A stretch of DNA of 64,000 nt from a virus: IMG/VR virus record IMGVR_UViG_3300005529_000004, positions 25,260 through 89,259 of that record. One strand, given 5' to 3'. Numbering within the stretch: position 1 is the stretch's first letter; every line of letters begins with the position of its first letter. The notes under the pieces were generated by a model. It had not been told where the DNA came from, did not search any database, and saw only the letters and a list, made by a program, of their open reading frames with translations. Below are positions 26,563 to 35,013 of this stretch, in pieces. Position numbers and translations under genes: made by a program.

Positions 26563-26766
26563 ATGCCGCAGGTGGACTACCCGGTCCTCGCGGGGTCCGC
26601 AGCCGACACCGCGCTCCAGGCGAAGACGCCGACGACCGGCGGCTTCAAGGTGCAGGTCACGAAGTCCGCGCATGCGGACGGCCTCGACACCTTCAACGAG
26701 CAGCTCATCATGAGCTACGAGCGCGCCCGCAAGCACCTCCAGGCTGGCACCGGCGAGCTGCTCTAG
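26563..26766 (+). CDS. Small hypothetical protein
   Basis: Tandem small ORF in the same operon. Confidence 0.6.
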   Translation: MPQVDYPVLAGSAADTALQAKTPTTGGFKVQVTKSAHADGLDTFNEQLIMSYERARKHLQAGTGELL

Positions 26767-26775
26767 GGACCTGGC

Positions 26776-27024
26776 ATGACGCCGTCCCTGGTCAAGTTCA
26801 ACCGGGCCGACAACACGGCTCTCGTCACCGGCGCCTACGGGGACTTCTCGGGCTACAAGCACTCGACCGACTACCCGGCGGCGCAGTACGTCTCAGCGTT
26901 CTGGGCGGACGAGGTGGACGGCGAGGCGGTCATCGAGGACGTGGACGGCTCGGTGCTGCCGGGCACGAATCCTGCCTGGGTCATCAGCCGGGCGCTCGCG
27001 GTCAACCTCGGCCTGACCAACTAG
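26776..27024 (+). CDS. Small protein, paralog family A
   Basis: PSLVKFNRADNTALVTGA...WVISRALA. Confidence 0.6.
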   Translation: MTPSLVKFNRADNTALVTGAYGDFSGYKHSTDYPAAQYVSAFWADEVDGEAVIEDVDGSVLPGTNPAWVISRALAVNLGLTN

Positions 27025-27033
27025 GCGGCGGGC

Positions 27034-27285
27034 GTGCCGATCACGCTGGTGCGGATCGACCGCACCTACAACGCGTACTGGGTCACGGCGTCGGGCGCAG
27101 AGGAGGCGCAGCTCCAGGCGATGGACGGCTACGTCGATTCGACGGCTGCGTCTGGCTCGGAGGGCATCGCGGACGGATCGAAGCAGTGGGTGGACCAGGG
27201 CAGCAACCGCTCGCTGGGATCGCAGTACCGGATCAGCCGCGCAGCGGCCGAGGCGATGGGCGTCATCGCCCCAGGCACGCCGTAG
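27034..27285 (+). CDS. Small protein, paralog family A
   Basis: ITLVRIDRTYNAYWVTASGA...YRISRAAA. Confidence 0.6.
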   Translation: MPITLVRIDRTYNAYWVTASGAEEAQLQAMDGYVDSTAASGSEGIADGSKQWVDQGSNRSLGSQYRISRAAAEAMGVIAPGTP

Positions 27286-27309
27286 CAGCGAGCCGGTAGA
27301 CTCTCAGCC

Positions 27310-28071
27310 GTGCAGCTCTGGCGGACGATCAAGCTCGGGACGACCGGCGCCGACGCGAAGGCGGCGAAGCGTGCGCTCGCGCGTGCAGGCTACGGTCCCG
27401 GCAAGCTTGCGGGCCTGACGCCGGTGTTCGGGCCATTCTCCGTGCGCTGGCTGAACCAGTGGAAGAAGACGGTCAGCCTGCCGCAGAACGGCCAGATTCA
27501 GCAGCCCGCGCTCGATGCGCTGTGGCCCTGGTTCGACGCCTACGCGCGCAAGCTCTACGCCAGCTACAAGCCTCCGGCGGTGTACGTCAACCCGTTCGCA
27601 CACTCGAAGGGCCTCGTACCCGAGCGCACCGACGACGGCGTGGACTACGGCGGCAACGCCGGGTCGCCGATCGGAGCGCTGGGGCGTTCGAAGATCATCG
27701 AGGCGACGACCGATTCGCACTGGCCGGGACCCTACGGCAACCCGTCCGGCTTCAACGGACACGGCGGGCTGATCCACGGCGTCTTCCTCGACGGCCCGAA
27801 CGCTGGTGAGGAGTGGTACCTGGCGGAGTACATCCACGTGGACTGCGGTGTGGGTGACGTCGTCCTGCCGGGCCAGCAGATTGCTCGGTTCTACCACGAC
27901 GCGAACACGGGCGTCGGTATCGAGTACGGCTTCGGGATCGGCGGCGACCACCAGTCCGCCACCGAAGCAGGTAAGGCGTGGGCGCGGCTGCTGCTCTCCA
28001 CCGGCGCTCCGGTCCGCGACGATCCGGGTCCTGGGTCGTCTCTGTCCCCGTTCGGAAAGGTGGTTCAGTAA
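27310..28071 (+). CDS. Endolysin-like: peptidoglycan-binding domain + M23-like peptidase
   Basis: IKLGTTGADAKAAKRAL...FGP PG-binding pattern; DDGVDYG...GSPIGAL...VGDVVLPGQQIA. Confidence 0.7.
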   Translation: MQLWRTIKLGTTGADAKAAKRALARAGYGPGKLAGLTPVFGPFSVRWLNQWKKTVSLPQNGQIQQPALDALWPWFDAYARKLYASYKPPAVYVNPFAHSKGLVPERTDDGVDYGGNAGSPIGALGRSKIIEATTDSHWPGPYGNPSGFNGHGGLIHGVFLDGPNAGEEWYLAEYIHVDCGVGDVVLPGQQIARFYHDANTGVGIEYGFGIGGDHQSATEAGKAWARLLLSTGAPVRDDPGPGSSLSPFGKVVQ

Positions 28072-28160
28072 TGCTCGCCGACATCACCATCTCGTTCTGG
28101 CAGCTCATCCTGGGCATCCTCGCGGTGCTGGCGATCATCTGGTTTGTGAGGCACCTCTAG
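28071..28160 (+). CDS. Single-TM micro-protein (holin-like)
   Basis: MLADITISFWQLILGILAVLAIIWFVRHL between two lysin genes. Confidence 0.5.
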   Translation: MLADITISFWQLILGILAVLAIIWFVRHL

Positions 28161-28846
28161 TGCCGTTCGCCGGGCCGCAGCTCATGCCGCGCGTCTTCGC
28201 CAAGTACGCGGCGAAGCACTGGGGAGGCATCGGCCTGATCAAGGCCGTGGCCACGGCGCACTCCGAGTCGCAGCTCTACGTCGGCGCATGGCACGACAAT
28301 CTCGACGCGAACGGCAAGGTCGTCTCGCGCGACTGCGGCATCTTCCAGATCAACATCCCGGCCTCCCAGATCGGCACGCCTGCCGAGGCAGCGCTGCGGA
28401 CCGAGAGCACCGACCCAGCCATCTGGGTCCCGGTGGTCGAGAACAGCGTCGAGGCAGCGCTGAAGCTCTACGACCAGCCCTGGACGCGCGACGGCAAGCC
28501 CGACCTCCGCAAGTGGGAGCCGTGGTACGGCTACACGCTCGGCTACGCGACCTGGGCGGAGTGGTGGGTCTTCCACCAGGAGCCTGCGCCACCGCACTGG
28601 TTCTACACCGGGAGGCACGTCCAGAAGGCCATCCCCGGCGTCGCCAACTACCACCTCCTGATCGCGGCCGACTGGTCCGGCGAGGAGGCGCTCGCCTTCG
28701 CGAAGAAGATGCAGGGTGTCTTCAGGATCGAGGGCACGCTGAAGCTGACGGACAAGGGCGTAACCTGGGGCAGCTTCCCTGCCGAGCCGACTGCACCACC
28801 GGCAGACGGTGTCGGCCCGAAGCCGACGCCGAACGACGGCGCCTAG
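28160..28846 (+). CDS. Lysozyme-like / lytic transglycosylase
   Basis: AVATAHSES catalytic Glu motif and DCGIFQIN. Confidence 0.75.
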   Translation: MPFAGPQLMPRVFAKYAAKHWGGIGLIKAVATAHSESQLYVGAWHDNLDANGKVVSRDCGIFQINIPASQIGTPAEAALRTESTDPAIWVPVVENSVEAALKLYDQPWTRDGKPDLRKWEPWYGYTLGYATWAEWWVFHQEPAPPHWFYTGRHVQKAIPGVANYHLLIAADWSGEEALAFAKKMQGVFRIEGTLKLTDKGVTWGSFPAEPTAPPADGVGPKPTPNDGA

Positions 28847-29175
28847 TTCTGCCAGACTGGGTACAGCTCGACAGCCCAGTCGTCTTCGTCGTACTCGCGA
28901 CCCCAGAGCCTGCAGCACTGCCGCAGGCGTGACTCGATCGTCTGCAGGGCGAGGTTCCGGGTCGGCGCAACGAGGGCGCCAAACTCCAGCCGCGTCGGGA
29001 CGAACGTCCCGAAGGCCGGAGGGCCGGTGACGTCCGCACGCCAGTGCGGGCAGGCGATGGAGATGATCGCGCAGAGCTGGTCGTAGTCCATCAGCAGCCG
29101 AGGCGTACCATCCCACTCGGAGATCGGCGCTTCGGTCCGCTCCGGGTTGAAGAAGCTGTCGGGCCAGTCGCTCAT
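28843..29175 (-). CDS. Hypothetical protein
   Basis: Converges on the lysin; coupled to the 29172 ORF. Confidence 0.55.
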   Translation of the reverse strand: MSDWPDSFFNPERTEAPISEWDGTPRLLMDYDQLCAIISIACPHWRADVTGPPAFGTFVPTRLEFGALVAPTRNLALQTIESRLRQCCRLWGREYDEDDWAVELYPVWQN

Positions 29176-29300
29176 CGCTTCGGTCGCTTCCGCTTCTTGC
29201 GCGGGTCTGCGCTGCTGAGCGGCTGGACGTTGCCCGACTGGTCGATCGACACGTTGGGCAGGTCCTGCACGCTGAAGACGGATGCGGGCGCGTCGGCCAT
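29172..29300 (-). CDS. Small basic protein
   Basis: Leaderless ATG 7 nt after minus-strand TAGACT (29313-29308). Confidence 0.5.
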   Translation of the reverse strand: MADAPASVFSVQDLPNVSIDQSGNVQPLSSADPRKKRKRPKR

Positions 29301-29355
29301 CACTCGGAGTCTACCGGCGCTGGCGTGTTCCGCCAGTTCAGGTATGATTCGGTGC

Positions 29356-29502
29356 ATGAAGCGAAAGGACGGAGCCGAGTTGGGATTCTGCGAGCGCTGC
29401 TTCCGTATGCGCTGGCTGCGCGCGTCCTCGGTCACGAAGCGAGTCGGCGACGTGCCGTATGGCACCTGCACCGGCTGCGAATCGGAAGGGAGCGCTCCAT
29501 GA
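29356..29502 (+). CDS. Small Zn-finger protein
   Basis: CERC...CTGC; leaderless after TATGAT 29343. Confidence 0.55.
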   Translation: MKRKDGAELGFCERCFRMRWLRASSVTKRVGDVPYGTCTGCESEGSAP

Positions 29503-29765
29503 GAGCCGACGACTACCCGATGCGCTGCACCGGCTGCGACCGCTACGTCTACGAGGATGCGGATTCGCCGCCCTGCCCTAACTGCTTCCCTGGTTTGGCG
29601 ATGACCCGACGCGAGGCGGAGGATGCTGGCCTGTCGGAGGAGAAGATCGCCGAGGAGTTCGGGCAGGTCGCTGCCCGTAGGCGGGCGCCCGCAGCAGATG
29701 ACCCAGACGAGTCCCGAGGGACGGAGGGCGCTGCGGGCACTCGCACTTCTGGAAGGGCCGCATGA
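29499..29765 (+). CDS. Small Zn-finger protein
   Basis: CTGC...CPNC. Confidence 0.5.
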   Translation: MRADDYPMRCTGCDRYVYEDADSPPCPNCFPGLAMTRREAEDAGLSEEKIAEEFGQVAARRRAPAADDPDESRGTEGAAGTRTSGRAA

Positions 29766-29932
29766 GCTTCGGCAAGCGCTGCGAGGACTGCGGCGGCATC
29801 GCCGCCATCCACCGCGTCGCGATCAAGAGGAAGCTGCCCACACACAGCCGCTTCATCCGCGAGGCGATCATCGAGTGCTGGGCCTGGTTCTGCGGCGCGT
29901 GCTACATGCGCCGGGCGCCGTGGCGCTCGTAG
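29762..29932 (+). CDS. Small Zn-finger protein
   Basis: MSFGKRCEDCG...FCGACY; coupled start. Confidence 0.5.
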   Translation: MSFGKRCEDCGGIAAIHRVAIKRKLPTHSRFIREAIIECWAWFCGACYMRRAPWRS

Positions 29933-31095
29933 AGTTCATCGGCGGTCCATTCGACGGCCAGACCGAGCTGGTCCACCCACCTGTGCCCGGTGGGGAGATG
30001 CCGGAGCAGCTCGCCTACGTCTACCGGCAGCCGACGATCGCGGTGCTGCTTCCCGTCGATCGTGAGGAGCCGATCGCGATTCCGGCGAACGCGCTCTTCT
30101 ACACGCGCATCGAGGCGACCGACCGCGCGTCGGACGGCGCCGAGATTACCTACTACGCCGCGCTGCACGAGCTGGACTGGGATGAGGAGCCGCTCCAGGT
30201 TCACGACGAGCTGATCTTCGAGACGGGATCGCGTGACATGACGATGGAGGAGTATGCGGCCGTGCTCGACATCGGGCGGGACCTCGGCCGAAGCTACACC
30301 GAGATGAGCGCGCTCGTCGGCGACTCGATCCGTGAGATGGGCGAGGCGGTTGCCGAGTCCGCTCGCGCGATGCGGCCGATGCAGTTCGCCACCGACATCT
30401 TCGGCAACCGGCACCGGGTCGAGAACGACCGGCCGCTGGCGGGCACGGTGCCTCCTCCCGGCTCGACGCACCTGCCGCCGGAGTCGAGCGACCGGCGCTA
30501 CTTCGGGTTCGACGTCGCGTCCGCCATCGACAATACGGTGCCTCCCTACACCGCCGAGCTGCGTGGGCCGGACGGCAACGTCATCGGGACAATCTCGAAC
30601 ATCGAGATGACCACCCGGCTGGGCGAGGCGGTCGAATGCACTTTCACGCTGCGACCCGATCAGGCTGCTGTTCTCAGTCCTGGCGACCTGCGCGGCTACT
30701 CGATCGCCACGCGTCGAGGCGCCGACGAGCCACGTCGCGAGATCGACAACCTACACCTCCAGTCGATTCGAGCCGAGCCGCCGGTGGTTCAGGCGGTTGA
30801 CCTCGTGGGCGGGCCATACCTGGCAACGGTTCCCGGCCCGACCGAGTTCCGGGTCACGGCGCAGCAGGCACCTCCACCGCGCCCGGTCGTCCGCGACGTC
30901 TGGCGCGACCCGCGTGCAGGCAACTGGACGGTGCGCTATGCGGACGGATCGCTGCGGTACGTGAACGACGAGGTGATCGAAGAGCCGAACCGCGAGCTGC
31001 TCGACCGCACGCTGGCGGAGATCGGGCTGCGCGTCGGCTACACCGCTGAAGGCTTCGAGACGATCGAGGGCATCGAAGAGGACCCCGGATTCTAG
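29920..31095 (+). CDS. Multi-domain hypothetical protein
   Basis: Starts VEFIGGPFDG; long ORF with typical codon usage. Confidence 0.6.
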   Translation: MALVEFIGGPFDGQTELVHPPVPGGEMPEQLAYVYRQPTIAVLLPVDREEPIAIPANALFYTRIEATDRASDGAEITYYAALHELDWDEEPLQVHDELIFETGSRDMTMEEYAAVLDIGRDLGRSYTEMSALVGDSIREMGEAVAESARAMRPMQFATDIFGNRHRVENDRPLAGTVPPPGSTHLPPESSDRRYFGFDVASAIDNTVPPYTAELRGPDGNVIGTISNIEMTTRLGEAVECTFTLRPDQAAVLSPGDLRGYSIATRRGADEPRREIDNLHLQSIRAEPPVVQAVDLVGGPYLATVPGPTEFRVTAQQAPPPRPVVRDVWRDPRAGNWTVRYADGSLRYVNDEVIEEPNRELLDRTLAEIGLRVGYTAEGFETIEGIEEDPGF

Positions 31096-31176
31096 AGTGC
31101 AAGAACTACCCGTTCGAGGGATGCGGTCCGTCCTCCCCTTCGGCGATAATCCGGGTATGGAGACCAACAAGGAGGC
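31092..31176 (+). promoter_or_regulatory. Conserved palindrome+promoter cassette, copy 2
   Basis: 31100-31166 is the exact reverse complement of 4736-4802. Confidence 0.85.
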
Positions 31177-31180
31177 CACG

Positions 31181-31492
31181 ATGAACGCACTAAGCGCACC
31201 GCTGCCCAGCGCGATCGACCCGAGCTTCCCCGCGAAGAAGAACGCGCGGCTAGCCGCACGGCTCGCCTACGCGCGGGAACAAGGCCAGGGCTACCTGACC
31301 TGCTCGATCGGCCACGGCAACGCCGTCCACGCCGCGATCAAGACCACGCGCGGCTGGGGCGGGCACGACCATCCCCGCGCACTCTGCCAGCCGCACTCGC
31401 CGCGCTTCTTCGCGGTCGAGCACGACCCGGTCGGCGACGACCGCGCGGTCACCTGCCAGCGCTGCTTGGCGGGTCTGGAGAAGCGGTCATGA
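31181..31492 (+). CDS. Zn-binding hypothetical protein
   Basis: VHA...ALC...VTCQRC; AAGGAGG RBS. Confidence 0.6.
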   Translation: MNALSAPLPSAIDPSFPAKKNARLAARLAYAREQGQGYLTCSIGHGNAVHAAIKTTRGWGGHDHPRALCQPHSPRFFAVEHDPVGDDRAVTCQRCLAGLEKRS

Positions 31493-32019
31493 CGCGCCAC
31501 CTCTACTTCGCCTTCGGGATGAACATGGACCCGGAGACGATGGACTACCTGCCCGGACCGCCGATCCCGCTCGGCCGCGCCTGCCTGCCCGACTGGGGCT
31601 TGCGGATGCGGGCCTTCGCGGACATCGAGGAGGCGCCGGGCGAGGTCGTCTACGGCGTCCTTTGGGAGCTGACCCCGGAGGCTCTGCTGCGGCTGGATCA
31701 GCGCGAGGGCTACCAGCCCGGAGGCTTCGGCATGTACGACCGCCGCGAGGTCACCGTGCTCGATCGCGACGGCCAGCCCGAGAAGGCGATCGTCTACTTC
31801 ATGACGGATCGCTCGCGCGAATGGACGCAGCGACCGGCATCGGAGCACTACCTCGGCATGCTCCGCCAGGGCTACGCGCACTTCGGCCACGGGCCGGAGG
31901 CGGTCGCCTCGATGGAGAAGGCGCAGGCCGATGCCACTCCGCCCCGGACATTCTGGGACGACTTTCACGACCACTACCCGGATGGCCTTGCGCGCCACCC
32001 GGACGCAGAGGAGGACTGA
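31489..32019 (+). CDS. Gamma-glutamylcyclotransferase (AIG2-like)
   Basis: LYFAFGMNM, VYGVLWEL...LDQREG, PASEHYL...GY. Confidence 0.88.
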   Translation: MTRHLYFAFGMNMDPETMDYLPGPPIPLGRACLPDWGLRMRAFADIEEAPGEVVYGVLWELTPEALLRLDQREGYQPGGFGMYDRREVTVLDRDGQPEKAIVYFMTDRSREWTQRPASEHYLGMLRQGYAHFGHGPEAVASMEKAQADATPPRTFWDDFHDHYPDGLARHPDAEED

Positions 32020-32255
32020 TGAGCAAGATCGTAGACCTGGCCCAGCGGCGCTTGAAGCGCAAACTGCTGAGCGACGACACGCGGCGCCTGCGCCGTCTGA
32101 TCGCCGCGCTGAAGGAGGCGGGCGACCGCGCGCACCACGTCGCCCGTCGCGCCGAGGCGCAAGGCGCCACCGAAGGCGCTCGCTACGAGCGGGAGCTGGC
32201 GGATGACCTGTTCGCCATCGCCTCGATGCTCGAAGAGGAGCTGGTGGGCCGATGA
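32019..32255 (+). CDS. Helical hypothetical protein
   Basis: Coupled TGATG start. Confidence 0.55.
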   Translation: MSKIVDLAQRRLKRKLLSDDTRRLRRLIAALKEAGDRAHHVARRAEAQGATEGARYERELADDLFAIASMLEEELVGR

Positions 32256-32446
32256 AGGCGTACCAACGGACCATCCGGCGGATCGCCGCCGAGCTAGGCT
32301 TCACCGTCGAGGAGGGCAAGAAGCACCTCCGCATCATGGACGGAGAGGAGCTGGTTGCAGTCGCGCCGCGATCCTGGACCGAGCGGGGTCGCGGCCACAA
32401 GAATCTGGTGGCGGCGCTGCGACGCGCCGCCGAGAGGAGGTCGTGA
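32252..32446 (+). CDS. HicA-like small protein
   Basis: LGFTVEEGKKHLRI...VAVAPRS...NLVAALRR. Confidence 0.55.
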   Translation: MKAYQRTIRRIAAELGFTVEEGKKHLRIMDGEELVAVAPRSWTERGRGHKNLVAALRRAAERRS

Positions 32447-32589
32447 TGGTCTGCCCGGTCTGCGGGAAGGAAGTCCGGCTCACGAAGGCGGGCAAGGTCG
32501 GCGCTCACAAGCGGTTCCGGCCGTGGGGCAGGTCCGGCAGCGGGATGCCGTCGCGCAGCCGCTGCGAGGGCACCGGGAGGAAGCCGTGA
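32446..32589 (+). CDS. Small Zn-finger protein
   Basis: CPVCGK...H...CEGTG. Confidence 0.55.
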   Translation: MVCPVCGKEVRLTKAGKVGAHKRFRPWGRSGSGMPSRSRCEGTGRKP

Positions 32590-33050
32590 AGGACACGCTT
32601 GGAGTCGAGGTCGGCAGCCGCTGGATCATCTGGCGTGGCGTTCGCCGCGTCGAGGAGTTCGCCGAGCTGCCGCACAAGGGACCGGGCCTGTACGTCCGGG
32701 CCGTGCGAGAAGGCAACCACCCGGAGACCGGCAAGCCCCACAAGCCGCACTGGACGGACTGGTTCCCCTTGCGGGCACTCGTCTCGCACGGTGAGCCGCT
32801 GGCCGAGGGCGCCGAGGCGCCGAAGGAGCCGGTGCGCTCGTCGCTGGCCGACGCGATCAAGGCCGAGATGCCGAAGGTCAGCAAGAGGCCGATGACGCCG
32901 AAGCGCCGCGCGCAGAACCGCGTCACGTCCCTGCGCTACAAGATCAAGCATCCCGAGAAGCACGGACGCTCGAAGTGGTCGAAGGCCGAGGTGCAGGAGC
33001 TGGCGAACGACCTGGCGGAGGCCGAGGCCGAGCTGGAGGCGCTGCGCTGA
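32586..33050 (+). CDS. Hypothetical protein
   Basis: Coupled GTGA start. Confidence 0.55.
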   Translation: MKDTLGVEVGSRWIIWRGVRRVEEFAELPHKGPGLYVRAVREGNHPETGKPHKPHWTDWFPLRALVSHGEPLAEGAEAPKEPVRSSLADAIKAEMPKVSKRPMTPKRRAQNRVTSLRYKIKHPEKHGRSKWSKAEVQELANDLAEAEAELEALR

Positions 33051-33316
33051 TGCCACGCCCGGCCGGGACGATGCTGGTCGTGCTGGAAGGCGGGCCTCCC
33101 GAGTGGGATGGCAAGCACACCGCGATCTCGAAGACCGGCGGCGGCGAGATGGAGCGCTGGTGCCACACGGCCGACGCCGCCTACGTCTGGCGCCGGACCG
33201 AGCGCACGCGCGAGGTCGAGGTTGAACATGAGCGCCGTTCAGGTATTGTGCGACTCATGGAGGAAGCGACCATCTACGAGGCAGTCGGCTACCGGGAGGA
33301 TCATCCCCGTGCCTAG
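33050..33316 (+). CDS. Hypothetical protein (GGP-DG motif)
   Basis: VVLEGGPPEWDG. Confidence 0.5.
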   Translation: MPRPAGTMLVVLEGGPPEWDGKHTAISKTGGGEMERWCHTADAAYVWRRTERTREVEVEHERRSGIVRLMEEATIYEAVGYREDHPRA

Positions 33317-33707
33317 ACCGCGCCAGGCACGCCGGGCGACCTTCGTCAACGCGGGCAAGCCGCGCCGAGAGCGCACGCGCCTGGGCACGCAGCTCAAGCC
33401 GCAGCGCAAGCTGCCGGGCGGGATCACCCGGAAGTGGACACGCTACGACCTGCTCACGAACCAGGGCCGCTGGTGGGTTGATCGCCACGGCGTTTGGCAC
33501 GACGTCACGAAGATCGACCGCGACTATCAGGAAGCGCTCCTGCACTACTTCCGGGTCAACGCTTCTCGGCTGCAGCTCGGCTGGCTCTTCAACCGGCCCA
33601 TCTACCCGTACCGCGACGATTTCGAGGAGATGGAGTACGCCGATCCGCAGGAGTGGATCATGGCGCAGCCGCTCGTCAAGGCGCTCGTGGAGGCCCTCGG
33701 TGCTTAG
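33309..33707 (+). CDS. Hypothetical protein
   Basis: LLTNQGRWWVDRHG...PQEWIMAQPLVKAL. Confidence 0.55.
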   Translation: MPRPRQARRATFVNAGKPRRERTRLGTQLKPQRKLPGGITRKWTRYDLLTNQGRWWVDRHGVWHDVTKIDRDYQEALLHYFRVNASRLQLGWLFNRPIYPYRDDFEEMEYADPQEWIMAQPLVKALVEALGA

Positions 33708-33840
33708 ATGGCTCGCCGTGACCCTTGCCGCCTACGCGGTCGGCGGGCTGTGGCTCGGGACGCAGATGCGCCCGGCCGTTGCCCGCTACGAGAACATGAT
33801 CGTGCAGAATATCTCCGGCGTCACGTCGGCGCTGCGATGA
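33700..33840 (+). CDS. Small single-TM protein
   Basis: WLAVTLAAYAVGGLWLG; overlapping neighbours. Confidence 0.45.
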   Translation: MLRWLAVTLAAYAVGGLWLGTQMRPAVARYENMIVQNISGVTSALR

Positions 33841-34328
33841 GTGTGGTCAAGCACGCCGAGGATTGCTCCTGTCGCGACTGCGTGGCACAGCGGAACGAGC
33901 CGGTCACTGAGTCTTGCTCCGCCTGTCGCAAGCGCCGGAAGTGCAAGATCGACGTGGCGATGTCTCGCGATCCGCTCACCGGCAAGGTGCCATCCTGGGC
34001 GCCGCGCTTCTGCTCGGAGTGTCTGCCGCTCTCCGTCGAAGAGCGCAGGGCGAAGACCGCCGAGGCGAAGACGAAGCGCCGCGAGGAAGAGCCGCCGCTG
34101 GCCTGGCCGTGCATCGGAGGTCCGCTTGACGGCAAGTACGCTGTTCCTCTCGACTTCTACGATTCGCACTGGGCCGATCGAAAGCGCGGTCGCTATGCCG
34201 AACACCAGGGCGAGTACGAGATGTACAACGGAGCGAGCGGCGGCTACAAGCGCATCGGCCACCGTCCGACGATGGTCTTCATCCACCGCTCCCTGCTCAA
34301 GCCGATGATCCGGGGACGTGACCGTTGA
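33837..34328 (+). CDS. Cys-rich hypothetical protein
   Basis: HAEDCSCRDC, CSAC, CSEC, CIGGPLDG. Confidence 0.55.
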   Translation: MSVVKHAEDCSCRDCVAQRNEPVTESCSACRKRRKCKIDVAMSRDPLTGKVPSWAPRFCSECLPLSVEERRAKTAEAKTKRREEEPPLAWPCIGGPLDGKYAVPLDFYDSHWADRKRGRYAEHQGEYEMYNGASGGYKRIGHRPTMVFIHRSLLKPMIRGRDR

Positions 34329-34921
34329 CCGCGCAGCAGTTCGAGAAGCGCTGGTGGGGCGATGCCTGCTGGACGTACGGCGAGGAGACGAAGCAGCTCA
34401 CCTACGCGCGGCTCATGGGACTGCGGTGGTACGAGGATCAGGGGCGCTGGCCGGTCTACGACTTGGCGGGCAGCCGCGTGCTCGACATCGGCGGCGGGCC
34501 GGTCTCGATGCTACTCAAGACCACCGGCGGGCGCGAGAAGCGAGTGGTTGATCCGCTGCCGATCCCGACATGGTGCAAGGCGCGCTACCGGGCGCACGGC
34601 ATCGTCTACGACCGCGCGCCCGCCGAGGGCTACCGCGCTGAGGGCACGCCGAGACGGTTCGATGAGGCGTGGATTTACAACTGCCTCCAGCATGTCCGCG
34701 ACCCGGAGGCGGTCATCGCTACGGCGAGACGTCACGCCCCGATCCTGCGCCTGTTCGAGTGGATCGACATCCCGGCGCACGAGGGACACCCGCATGAGTT
34801 GTCCGAGCGGCAGCTCGCCATGTGGCTCGGCGGAGACCGCCGCGCCGGAGGAAGGTCGGAGTGGCTGAACGAGAACGGCTGCGTCGGCCACGCCTACTTC
34901 GGCGTCTTCCGCCTGGACTGA
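34325..34921 (+). CDS. Class I SAM-dependent methyltransferase
   Basis: VLDIGGGP motif I, VVDPL, FDEAWIYNCLQHVRDP. Confidence 0.8.
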   Translation: MTAQQFEKRWWGDACWTYGEETKQLTYARLMGLRWYEDQGRWPVYDLAGSRVLDIGGGPVSMLLKTTGGREKRVVDPLPIPTWCKARYRAHGIVYDRAPAEGYRAEGTPRRFDEAWIYNCLQHVRDPEAVIATARRHAPILRLFEWIDIPAHEGHPHELSERQLAMWLGGDRRAGGRSEWLNENGCVGHAYFGVFRLD

Positions 34922-35013
34922 TTCGCGCGGTAGTCTAAGCCCTGCCCGCACCTGGGGCGGTCTCGGCGTGCCTACTTAAGGCGGGACTGACCAGCGGGGT
35001 AGTGTCGTCTGAG

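Noticed and set aside
4736-31166. The 67-bp inverted repeats as transposon ends
   Set aside because: No transposase or target-site duplication; the repeat is a promoter cassette with two further diverged copies
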